Shown here piece after piece: positions 8,580 through 16,715 of a stretch of DNA of 64,000 nucleotides. Both the position numbers and the translations under genes were made by a program. Source of the stretch: a virus; the IMG/VR virus record IMGVR_UViG_3300038620_000134, positions 17,725-81,724 of that record. The stretch is one strand, 5' to 3'. The stretch's first letter is position 1, and every line of letters starts with the position of its first letter. Under the pieces are notes generated by a model that made no database searches, had not been told where the DNA came from, and saw nothing but the letters and a program-made list of their open reading frames with translations.

Positions 8580-8670
8580 GTTGACAAGGTAAAATGAAAA
8601 ATTGAACATGAAAGAAGAAGAGCGCTATTAGAAATAATAAGATATATTAAACCACCAAAATAAAAGTACT

Positions 8671-9978
8671 ATGAATATGGAATACCCTGAAATTTATGCG
8701 TTTTCTGGAAAAATAGGTTCTGGAAAAAACTTCATGGCAGAAAAAATATTTCCTGAATATCTTTCTTCTAAGTCCACACTTGTAATGGCATTTGCCGATG
8801 TATTTAAAGTTAGGGCTATCATTGAAGAGGGTTTAGATGAAAAGAAAGTATTTGAAGGGCCGAAAGATGAGGAAACACGTAGAATCCTTCAAATTTATGG
8901 CACTGAAGAAGGACGTGATAAAAAAGGAGAAGATATATGGTGCAGGTATTTGGAACAGTATATTAGATTATATTCTCAAAGAAAATCTATTGAAAGGGTT
9001 ATTATAACAGATTTACGTTTTGAAAATGAAGCAAACTATTTAAGATCACTTGGAGCTTATTTGATTCGTGTAGAAGCACCTAATAGAAACAAAAGTGCAC
9101 TTGAACAAGAAGCGTCCAATAAAGATGGCAACGTTCAATATGATGTTTATAATAAAATTTCGCAACACCCTAGTGAAACAGGTTTAGATAACTGGACAGA
9201 TTGGGATTTAGTAATTCATAATGATTACGAAGATTCTCCTTATATCCACATTCGTGATTGGGTAGTAAATCACCGCGAATCTAAACATTTTTATTCGCAT
9301 GTTGTTTTGATAGATCTTGATGATACGGTTGTTAGTTGTGGTCAAAAATATCATGAAAAAATTGACAAAGCATGTGATCTTATTATCAAGGAAAAATCTA
9401 AAAATTTAACTAAAAAACAAGTAAAAAATACTTTTAAAGAGTTGGATTCTGATCGCCTTAATTCTTTTTATGATCGCTATCGGCTTTCTAAAAAATTAAA
9501 AGAGTTGGGAGTTTACTATAACGTATCAAGTTCTACACTAGAAAAATTATATGAGCTGGGTATTCAAGTTTATAAAGATACGTTTGAATATCTTTCAGGG
9601 TCTTATGAAGCACTAAATTTACTTTGGAAAAATTTGGATAATAATGATAAATTGATTATCTTTACACTTGGAAGACGCGAAGATCAAGTTCGAAAAATAC
9701 ACGAACTTGGGCTTTTTGATATTGAGCATGAAATTGTTGAAACAAGAAAATCTGATGATGTTTACCAACAAGTTAAAAAAGATTATCCAGCTAATAAATA
9801 TACTATGATTGGAGATTCTTTGGAAAATGATGTTTATCCTGCATTATCAGCAGACTTTAACAATATTTATTGGGTAAATAGTTATTCTAATCAAAGCTCT
9901 TTGTATGATTATTTTGTTGTGAAAGACTTACAAGAGGCTGTTTATCATTTTTTAAACCTAAAAGATAAAGTAACATGA
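8671..9978 (+). CDS. dNMP-kinase-like P-loop domain fused to HAD phosphatase
   Basis: GKIGSGK, R.ILQ.YGTE, ITDLRFENE, HPSE; then DLDDT and MIGDSLENDV HAD motifs. Confidence 0.88.
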   Translation: MNMEYPEIYAFSGKIGSGKNFMAEKIFPEYLSSKSTLVMAFADVFKVRAIIEEGLDEKKVFEGPKDEETRRILQIYGTEEGRDKKGEDIWCRYLEQYIRLYSQRKSIERVIITDLRFENEANYLRSLGAYLIRVEAPNRNKSALEQEASNKDGNVQYDVYNKISQHPSETGLDNWTDWDLVIHNDYEDSPYIHIRDWVVNHRESKHFYSHVVLIDLDDTVVSCGQKYHEKIDKACDLIIKEKSKNLTKKQVKNTFKELDSDRLNSFYDRYRLSKKLKELGVYYNVSSSTLEKLYELGIQVYKDTFEYLSGSYEALNLLWKNLDNNDKLIIFTLGRREDQVRKIHELGLFDIEHEIVETRKSDDVYQQVKKDYPANKYTMIGDSLENDVYPALSADFNNIYWVNSYSNQSSLYDYFVVKDLQEAVYHFLNLKDKVT

Positions 9979-10160
9979 GCAGAATAGAAAGCATACTTAT
10001 TATATTAATTGCAGGAGCTGTTTTAATTATTTCTTTAATTAAAACATCAGAACAATGTAATACAGAAAAAACTTATGTTTTAAATTGTGATACTACTAAA
10101 GTGTCTAACAATAAAACAGTAGTTAGTTGTGATACAATCACTGTAAACAACATACAATAA
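9975..10160 (+). CDS. Small membrane-anchored protein
   Basis: N-terminal hydrophobic helix and two CDT motifs. Confidence 0.65.
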   Translation: MSRIESILIILIAGAVLIISLIKTSEQCNTEKTYVLNCDTTKVSNNKTVVSCDTITVNNIQ

Positions 10161-10212
10161 GTAAATAGCTTTACATAAGTAAAGAAATTGTTGGATTTAA
10201 CTTTAATTTGAA

Positions 10213-10707
10213 ATGATTGATATTTATAAAAGTTTAACAGAAGAAGAAAAGGCTGCTTGGCGACAAAAAAGTGATCCGCAAATTGAAAAACTTTTTATTA
10301 ATTTTCCATCCGAAATTCAAACTCCAGATGGAAATTGGATGACTTTTTCAAAGCAACGAATAGACTTGGATGTAAATACTTATCTTGGTAAAGTTAGTAT
10401 ATACAGTTCCTATTTGAAAGAATGGTTTGTTCATGAACTTTCTGTAATGGAATCACGGGTTTGGCCTATTGATAGAATTGATTGGCTTTATCAAAATTAT
10501 CCAAACTATAAAGATAAAAATGGATCATGGTTTTTACTTTGTCAAGCTAGTGTTTCAAGGTATGATCCTGAACTTCAATCATATGAGTCTGATGATACCT
10601 TAGATGATTGGGGTAGTCTCCCCCAATATGAAATGATTAAAAAGATTAAAGACTTACCTTTTAGTAGAGGCTGGAATTTGTTAGATCAAAGGAAAGAAGC
10701 GGAATAA
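10213..10707 (+). CDS. Hypothetical protein
   Basis: 164-aa ORF. Confidence 0.75.
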   Translation: MIDIYKSLTEEEKAAWRQKSDPQIEKLFINFPSEIQTPDGNWMTFSKQRIDLDVNTYLGKVSIYSSYLKEWFVHELSVMESRVWPIDRIDWLYQNYPNYKDKNGSWFLLCQASVSRYDPELQSYESDDTLDDWGSLPQYEMIKKIKDLPFSRGWNLLDQRKEAE

Positions 10708-10738
10708 AAAGAAGATTAAAATTTTCTCGTTTCATTCC

Positions 10739-10767
10739 TTGACAACAATTACTTTTGTTCCTATCTT
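10739..10767 (+). promoter_or_regulatory. Early promoter TTGACA-N17-TATCTT
   Basis: 17-nt spacing, about 20 nt before ATG 10788. Confidence 0.7.
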
Positions 10768-10787
10768 AGAGTAAAACTTTTCCAACT

Positions 10788-11201
10788 ATGATTATGATTT
10801 TTCGCGATTTTCAATTCTCCGACCCAGCGGATAATCTTTCCTTCGCTCACGCGGCGCTAGCACTACATCAAAGCGTATCTATACTTTATGATTTCCATTT
10901 AATATGTGAAGAAAATCAAAACCTACTCAATCAAGTCAACCCCCAAATTATTGAAGAAAGCCTTGATTGGAGGTGGAATCAATTATTTGAGTTTGATTTC
11001 AGGGTGCGGGAATTTCTCCAAATCTCCCAGAATGAATTATACGAACTAACGGTACGAAGAAAAGGGTTTGATTTTTTGCTCAAACAAATCGAAAAAGAAA
11101 CGTTAGAAATTTTTGAAAGGCAGCGTATTGAAGGTGATTATCACTTGGATTTACAAGGCACCGTTAAAAAGAAGATGGCCGAGAATTGGCCATCTATTTG
11201 A
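10788..11201 (+). CDS. Hypothetical early protein
   Basis: 137-aa ORF after promoter. Confidence 0.75.
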   Translation: MIMIFRDFQFSDPADNLSFAHAALALHQSVSILYDFHLICEENQNLLNQVNPQIIEESLDWRWNQLFEFDFRVREFLQISQNELYELTVRRKGFDFLLKQIEKETLEIFERQRIEGDYHLDLQGTVKKKMAENWPSI

Positions 11202-11210
11202 AGTATAATT

Positions 11211-11329
11211 TTCTCACCGCATTTCCAAGTGAGAATAAGCATAAGGATTCCGATTTATAACACCCGCCTTGGATCCTGAAGTGGAATTACTTTAAGCGGG
11301 TGGGTAATTCCACAAAGGATCCGTTTTTT
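11211..11329 (+). ncRNA. Candidate structured RNA upstream of tRNA-Asn
   Basis: TTCTCAC/GTGAGAA stem; GTGGAATTAC/GTAATTCCAC stem closed by GGATCC/GGATCC; loop GCGGGTG complementary to upstream CACCCGC. Confidence 0.5.
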
Positions 11330-11402
11330 GGATGTGTAGCTCAATTGGTAGAGCATCTGACTGTTAATCAGAAGGTTGTTGGTTCAATCCCAACCACATC
11401 CG
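11330..11402 (+). tRNA. tRNA-Asn(GUU)
   Basis: GGATGTG/CACATCC acceptor, TCTGA-CT-GTT-AA-TCAGA anticodon arm, GGTTCAATC T-loop. Confidence 0.95.
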
Positions 11403-11587
11403 CTACAGTAACTGACCGATGAAGAACCGGGGATGTGCCGAAGAAGTACTGGAGAAAATCAAACAGTTGGTATTAGCAAGATATGTTCTTTTTTATAAAG
11501 TTAGTATACCCGTTGAAAGTGGATAGCAATGGATAGCAATTTTAGACAAAATTAGAGCTGATTGTGATACACTAAATTTTAACTATA

Positions 11588-12136
11588 ATGAACAATACTT
11601 ATAAAATCCATACCGTTGATGATGCTATAAAATTTCTAAATTTTGCAAAAAAGATGTATGGTGGAAAGGCACCAGTAAAGATGTTTAACGGTGGTGAAGG
11701 ATGTTATCATCTGAATGGTATGATAGAGGATGGAATTGTTCAACTAAACGAAGATGGTCTTTTTATAGATTCAGAAGGTTTTGAACATGAATCAAACATT
11801 CCCTTAAATAACTTTGTATGGAAAAATATTTCAAGTAGTAATAATATTATTTATGCAGAAAGTGATATATCTGGGGGTTTTGCAAAGGTAAAAATACATC
11901 ATTTTAAAGATCATGACTTATATAATATAGTGTTAGAAAACAAGGAAGAAAGTAAATATGTATTTCCATCTCTTGAAAATGAAAATTTTAAGTACATATT
12001 AGATGGTTTTTTTGATTATATAACAAGTTATAAAAAAGAATCAGATTCATCTTTGTTTTTTTCAATTCTCCAAACTGATAAGGTTAATATATTTCTTGAT
12101 CTTATTGATAACATGAACTTAGTACCTAAAGAATAA
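11588..12136 (+). CDS. Hypothetical protein
   Basis: 182-aa ORF. Confidence 0.75.
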   Translation: MNNTYKIHTVDDAIKFLNFAKKMYGGKAPVKMFNGGEGCYHLNGMIEDGIVQLNEDGLFIDSEGFEHESNIPLNNFVWKNISSSNNIIYAESDISGGFAKVKIHHFKDHDLYNIVLENKEESKYVFPSLENENFKYILDGFFDYITSYKKESDSSLFFSILQTDKVNIFLDLIDNMNLVPKE

Positions 12137-12140
12137 ATCA

Positions 12141-12626
12141 ATGAACAACGGGTCTGAATTAAAACAAAATGGGTGGCGTGTCTATTTAGATATAGATGGG
12201 GTTCTAAATAATGACAATACACCTCCATCTGATTCATTCGATCTTCCTAACATAGATTTAGAAAATGCTAGAGTTCTTTCAGAATGGTTAAGTTTTCGTT
12301 ACGTTGAAATTGTTATAATTTCAGATTGGCGATATACAAATACAGATAATGTGTGGTGGGATGAAATACTTAGAGAAGCTGGAATAACGGGGTATATGAG
12401 TCTAGATGTTGCTCCGCTTATTGAACCATCTCCAAATCTTGATAACATAAAAAAACATAAATGCAAAGAGATTAAAAAACACTTATCTGAAAATCCAGTA
12501 TTTCCTTTTGAAGGTGGTTGTTTTATTTTAGATGATTTGGATTTGAGAAAATGTATAAGCGAATTTCAATCTGAACCTGTCAATCCTAGATTTGGTCTTC
12601 AAAAAGAACATTTACCAATTAAATAA
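12141..12626 (+). CDS. HAD-domain protein (Swiss-army-knife RNA-repair HAD-like)
   Basis: YLDIDGVLN, IVIISDWR, FILDD motifs. Confidence 0.8.
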   Translation: MNNGSELKQNGWRVYLDIDGVLNNDNTPPSDSFDLPNIDLENARVLSEWLSFRYVEIVIISDWRYTNTDNVWWDEILREAGITGYMSLDVAPLIEPSPNLDNIKKHKCKEIKKHLSENPVFPFEGGCFILDDLDLRKCISEFQSEPVNPRFGLQKEHLPIK

Positions 12627-12654
12627 TTTTTATAATCCCTAAAAACTTTTAATC

Positions 12655-13179
12655 ATGCAAAACCAACTAAAAACAATTTTAAATATATTAATTACAGTGT
12701 CATTATTGATTATGTTATTTAGCACTAACTTAAGTGCACAAAAAGTCAATTCATGGAAACATAAATATAATCCTGAAAGGCTTGAAAGCTTAGCTATAAT
12801 GGATTATAAAAATAGTCAATACACTGTTAAGATAATGGGGGCTTATGTTTTTGCTAAAGAATTCAATGAACCTCATATCGTGTTCTTTTTTGATGTTATT
12901 GATAAAGATTTTACTTTTAGTAATTTCTACTTAGAAACTGATGACGGTAGAATAGAATTAACTTCTACTGAAAGTATTTCTAACATAGACTTCATCATTA
13001 CTGATACTCAACTTATGCACAAGGATATATTAGATAAAATTATAACTGATAGCTCCTTAAAAATTACCACTTCTTATTATCAAGGAAGTTTAATATTTAA
13101 TTACCCTCCATCGGAAATGGTGAACTTTTCGGAAATGAATATTGTAAGTCCTTTAGATGTTGTTTTAATCTTTGAGTAA
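12655..13179 (+). CDS. Secreted/periplasmic protein
   Basis: Sec-type signal peptide ending LSA|Q, consistent with the Bacteroidota +1 glutamine tendency. Confidence 0.7.
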   Translation: MQNQLKTILNILITVSLLIMLFSTNLSAQKVNSWKHKYNPERLESLAIMDYKNSQYTVKIMGAYVFAKEFNEPHIVFFFDVIDKDFTFSNFYLETDDGRIELTSTESISNIDFIITDTQLMHKDILDKIITDSSLKITTSYYQGSLIFNYPPSEMVNFSEMNIVSPLDVVLIFE

Positions 13180-13219
13180 AAGTAAAGTATTATAAGTAAA
13201 TAATTTTAACTAGTCTAAT

Positions 13220-13678
13220 ATGAGTACACGTTCCATTATTTGTAAAGAAAACCAGGATGGAACCATCGAGGCAATTTATTGCCATTGCGATGGGTATCTT
13301 GAGCATAATGGATATATCCTGCAAAATTATTATAATGATCGTTCAAGTATTGAACAGTTAATAAATATGGGAGATATTTCTTTTTTAGATAAGGAAATAG
13401 GAGAATATCACATAGAGGCATCTATACAAAATGATTTTAGCTCTAAATACGTAGATGCTTACCATAGAGATCATGGTGAAGAATTAAAGATTCACCATTA
13501 TAGTAACCGAGAGGAGCTAAAAAATAAATTTAAGGACGATGTATTTATTGAATACGTTTATTTGTTTAGTAAAGATAACCAGTGGATTCTTTTAAAGGGA
13601 GCAGGATACAATGATGTTTCTCTTAAAGGTGTTTTAGAAGATGAAGAAATAGAAGAGTTAATTGAAAAAGGTTACTAA
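13220..13678 (+). CDS. Conserved phage hypothetical protein
   Basis: MSTRS.I...IYCHxDGY...NG pattern common in large phages. Confidence 0.8.
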   Translation: MSTRSIICKENQDGTIEAIYCHCDGYLEHNGYILQNYYNDRSSIEQLINMGDISFLDKEIGEYHIEASIQNDFSSKYVDAYHRDHGEELKIHHYSNREELKNKFKDDVFIEYVYLFSKDNQWILLKGAGYNDVSLKGVLEDEEIEELIEKGY

Positions 13679-13693
13679 AATACAAAAATTAAT

Positions 13694-14356
13694 ATGTCTT
13701 TTTATCAAACGGAAAACCGTCTTTTAGAGAGCTATCTTCGATATAGTAATGGATATTACATACCATATTTTGAAGCTGAGCTGTTTCCTCTCGAATATGA
13801 TATGGAGCCAACTGAAAAGATATTCGACCTAAACGTTGATACTTCTAGCTATGAAGAAGATATGGATTATTTGAGGTATGATATGGATAAACTTGTTTGG
13901 GAGAAGTCCAATGATGAAAATTATCCATTCGTGCTTATAGGGGAATGTGCTCAGCCTGATCTTATAATGCGTTATCGAATATTTGATAATGTAGAATACT
14001 TAACGGGTAATCCAGACCTAGGGACTGCAATGAAGGTTAAAGACCCAAAAATGAAACTTGAACTATCAAAACTTAATACTTTTATTGATGAAGTTCCATC
14101 CGAATATTATTCAAAAGTTTTAATGACTTTTGGTCAATGTTTTTCGGTTCCAGTTGCAGTACAACCATATTTACCAAACCCTGATGATTTTAATGACTTA
14201 AAATTTTATCAATTTAGTTACTATGTTTTAGGTCTTGATGGATGGTGGTTTGGTTATATTCCAGCAAACAATAATACGGGCCAATTCAAAAATTTGAGCG
14301 ACCTTAGAAAAGCCGTAAATGATATTGTTTCTAGTGAAGAAGTGGATATAACGTAA
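13694..14356 (+). CDS. Hypothetical protein
   Basis: 220-aa acidic ORF. Confidence 0.75.
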   Translation: MSFYQTENRLLESYLRYSNGYYIPYFEAELFPLEYDMEPTEKIFDLNVDTSSYEEDMDYLRYDMDKLVWEKSNDENYPFVLIGECAQPDLIMRYRIFDNVEYLTGNPDLGTAMKVKDPKMKLELSKLNTFIDEVPSEYYSKVLMTFGQCFSVPVAVQPYLPNPDDFNDLKFYQFSYYVLGLDGWWFGYIPANNNTGQFKNLSDLRKAVNDIVSSEEVDIT

Positions 14357-14417
14357 ACCAGTTATTCATTAAAGCCAGTCAAATTTTATTTTTTTTTACT
14401 TTAAATTCAATTAAGCT

Positions 14418-15395
14418 ATGCAAACTATCACAGAACAAAAAGCAACAGTAGAAATTGAAAACATTTCTTATGTATTGGACGGAATGAACAAAATCAGTAA
14501 AGCTAAAAGGGGAGTTCCTGGTTACCGCTTTAACCGTTCCAATTCGAAAAAACTTTCGACTTATGATATGGAAGATGTTTATAAAAACGCTAAAGATATA
14601 CTTAATAGGTACAAGTCAGAACTTATTGAGCATTATTTACTTGCTAGCAGTCCCATTTGTAATTTTAACCTAATTTATTCTGAGAAAGTGGGACATCATT
14701 TTCAAAACTTTACTTTGTCTAATGAAAAAGGTAAAGAAGTAATACATTTGGATTTATTTCATTATTTTAAGGATTATGAAAATCCACATAAATTGTTAAG
14801 AAAGGATTATGCTTGTGTTAATGATGAAATATTTCCTTTTGAAATTGTCTTACTCGAAAGCTTATTTTCAAATTTTTGTAAAGCTTTTGAGTCAATAATA
14901 TTTACTGGATCAAAAGAAACTAATAACCCCATTAATGGATTGTTAGTACAACATAATAATAACTTAGAACCGGCTTCAGCAAAACTTAATGATGCTAACT
15001 TTTTAGAAGATTTTGAAAAGTTGGTTTCTGAAACAATACCTGAAAAAGTAAACAGTGAAAATATTATTTGGTTTTTACCAAATAAACATTATGAAAAATA
15101 CTGTCATAGTTATAAGACAAAATATAGCGAATATCCAAATATGGATGATGATGGAGGTATCTTTTTTGATACCGCAAAGCGGAACATTAAAATTGTTCCA
15201 ACCGAGTTTTTAACAAATAAAGAACATTTTGTTGTATCAAGTAGTAATGTTTATATTGCTTTTTTCTGTTCAATATTACAGCTTGATTATGACTTTTCTA
15301 CTTCTACTGAAAGCCTTCAAAACGTTTTTGAGGGAGTTTTAGGACTTAGTTGTTTTAATATTCAAGATTCCACTCAAAAAGTAAACGTGTATTAA
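14418..15395 (+). CDS. Possible divergent HK97-fold capsid-protein homolog
   Basis: FESIIFTG...INGLL, IPEK...IIWFL...YEKY, IKIVPTEFL...NVYIAF resemble small-phage MCP motifs. Confidence 0.45.
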   Translation: MQTITEQKATVEIENISYVLDGMNKISKAKRGVPGYRFNRSNSKKLSTYDMEDVYKNAKDILNRYKSELIEHYLLASSPICNFNLIYSEKVGHHFQNFTLSNEKGKEVIHLDLFHYFKDYENPHKLLRKDYACVNDEIFPFEIVLLESLFSNFCKAFESIIFTGSKETNNPINGLLVQHNNNLEPASAKLNDANFLEDFEKLVSETIPEKVNSENIIWFLPNKHYEKYCHSYKTKYSEYPNMDDDGGIFFDTAKRNIKIVPTEFLTNKEHFVVSSSNVYIAFFCSILQLDYDFSTSTESLQNVFEGVLGLSCFNIQDSTQKVNVY

Positions 15396-15452
15396 AAATA
15401 TGATTTTTTATCGAAGAACTTTTGGAAAACTTAGAAAAGAAGTTAAACAAAC

Positions 15453-15635
15453 ATGAAACTTTCCGAAAGGGATAAAGAACGAATAATCGATACCATCCGA
15501 AATGGAGGCCAACTGGAAAAGGAGGACATCTACAAACTCTTTAATAATGAAGAAGATGTTTTCCTTTTCTGGAACGGTCGTAACGAAGAAGTTACCAAAA
15601 CTGTTTTACCTTTTGAACATGTAGAAATAAATTAA
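15453..15635 (+). CDS. Stand-alone fragment resembling the N-terminus of Type III R-M Mod methyltransferases
   Basis: MKLS..DK..II..I..G..L...LF....V.L.WNG...EVT..VLPF..VE matches the recalled Mod N-terminal pattern; clean TAA stop. Confidence 0.6.
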   Translation: MKLSERDKERIIDTIRNGGQLEKEDIYKLFNNEEDVFLFWNGRNEEVTKTVLPFEHVEIN

Positions 15636-15655
15636 AAAATAAATAAATCAAAACT

Positions 15656-15928
15656 ATGAAAATCAAAAACGTTGGAGACGCCATAAAACACTTATTAGAT
15701 ATAGCCATTCTTGCGTATCTAATTTATAGCATCGGCTATGCAGGCTGGCAGGTTTTTGCTTTAGCCCCAGAGGGAATTACCGGCCCGTTGTACGCTAGTG
15801 CTAAAGATATTGATCCCGATTTACTTCATTCCCGAAGGCTATATGCCATTGAAACCTACGTCTTGGTAATTGCCTTGGTGATTTACAAGCTTAATCGCCA
15901 ACGGTTCTGGCAATTTAAGGATATTTAA
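15656..15928 (+). CDS. Small two-TM membrane protein
   Basis: Two hydrophobic segments. Confidence 0.7.
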   Translation: MKIKNVGDAIKHLLDIAILAYLIYSIGYAGWQVFALAPEGITGPLYASAKDIDPDLLHSRRLYAIETYVLVIALVIYKLNRQRFWQFKDI

Positions 15929-15973
15929 CTAAAAACTTTTATTTTCTAACTTCAAAATAAAATTTCAACAACT

Positions 15974-16291
15974 ATGAATAAAACAAAACAAATTCAACAA
16001 GTTTTAGAAAAAAATTTTTCTCTTCAAACAACCTTTGGTTTAGAGGAGAAAGTAAACATCCAAGTAGAAGAAAATCCAGCAACTCAGAATTATCAAGTTA
16101 CTTTTTTCAAACCACTTTTTTCCGAGGAGGCAGCACCAGAAATAAAGGGGAGTTTCTTGCTTCCACATCAAACGGCACAAACCTTATTAGAAGATAAAAA
16201 TTGGTCGCGTTTAGCGCTTTCTGCTGTCGCCGATGGTGATCAACATTCTTACCAACTTTCTTTGGTTTATGATTTAAAAGTAGTTATGTAA
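15974..16291 (+). CDS. Hypothetical protein
   Basis: 105-aa ORF with caactATG leader. Confidence 0.7.
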   Translation: MNKTKQIQQVLEKNFSLQTTFGLEEKVNIQVEENPATQNYQVTFFKPLFSEEAAPEIKGSFLLPHQTAQTLLEDKNWSRLALSAVADGDQHSYQLSLVYDLKVVM

Positions 16292-16303
16292 AAAAATAGA
16301 AAT

Positions 16304-16612
16304 ATGCAAAACGTTTCTAACTGGGCGCAAAAAATAATTCAAAAAGATCATTATAACAATCATTATGATGATCTGCTAAATTTTATTGATTTTTATTTCT
16401 TTAAAAGATGCAACCCGGATTTTATAGAGCATGATATCGATGAAGAAAGTATAATATTTTTTATTGAGTTTTATGGCTATGAGTATATAATTGTAGAAAA
16501 GGAAATTGACGAAAATGAGGTGCACTACTCTATATTCTATAAAGAAGAAGAGATAATTAGCGAATATAATACCCTTGGCAAGTTTAAAGAATGGTTTAAG
16601 AGTATAAATTAA
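16304..16612 (+). CDS. Hypothetical protein
   Basis: 102-aa ORF. Confidence 0.7.
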   Translation: MQNVSNWAQKIIQKDHYNNHYDDLLNFIDFYFFKRCNPDFIEHDIDEESIIFFIEFYGYEYIIVEKEIDENEVHYSIFYKEEEIISEYNTLGKFKEWFKSIN

Positions 16613-16715
16613 GTAACCAAGTATTATGACTAATTTTGATAGCTTTAAATGTCCTTCATTGACAACGCTTGTTATCCTATCTTAGCAGCAATAAATACCT
16701 AAAAAATAAAAAGTT

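Noticed and set aside
8581-8609. TTGACA after the array as a promoter
   Set aside because: No TAnnnT at 17-nt spacing.
11271-11470. Hammerhead or pistol ribozyme
   Set aside because: CTGAAG, CCGATGA and TAAGCG words are present, but the complete catalytic cores and junctions could not be built.
16659-16683. TTGACA...TATCTT promoter before the helicase
   Set aside because: Spacing is 13 nt rather than 17; not counted in the promoter family.
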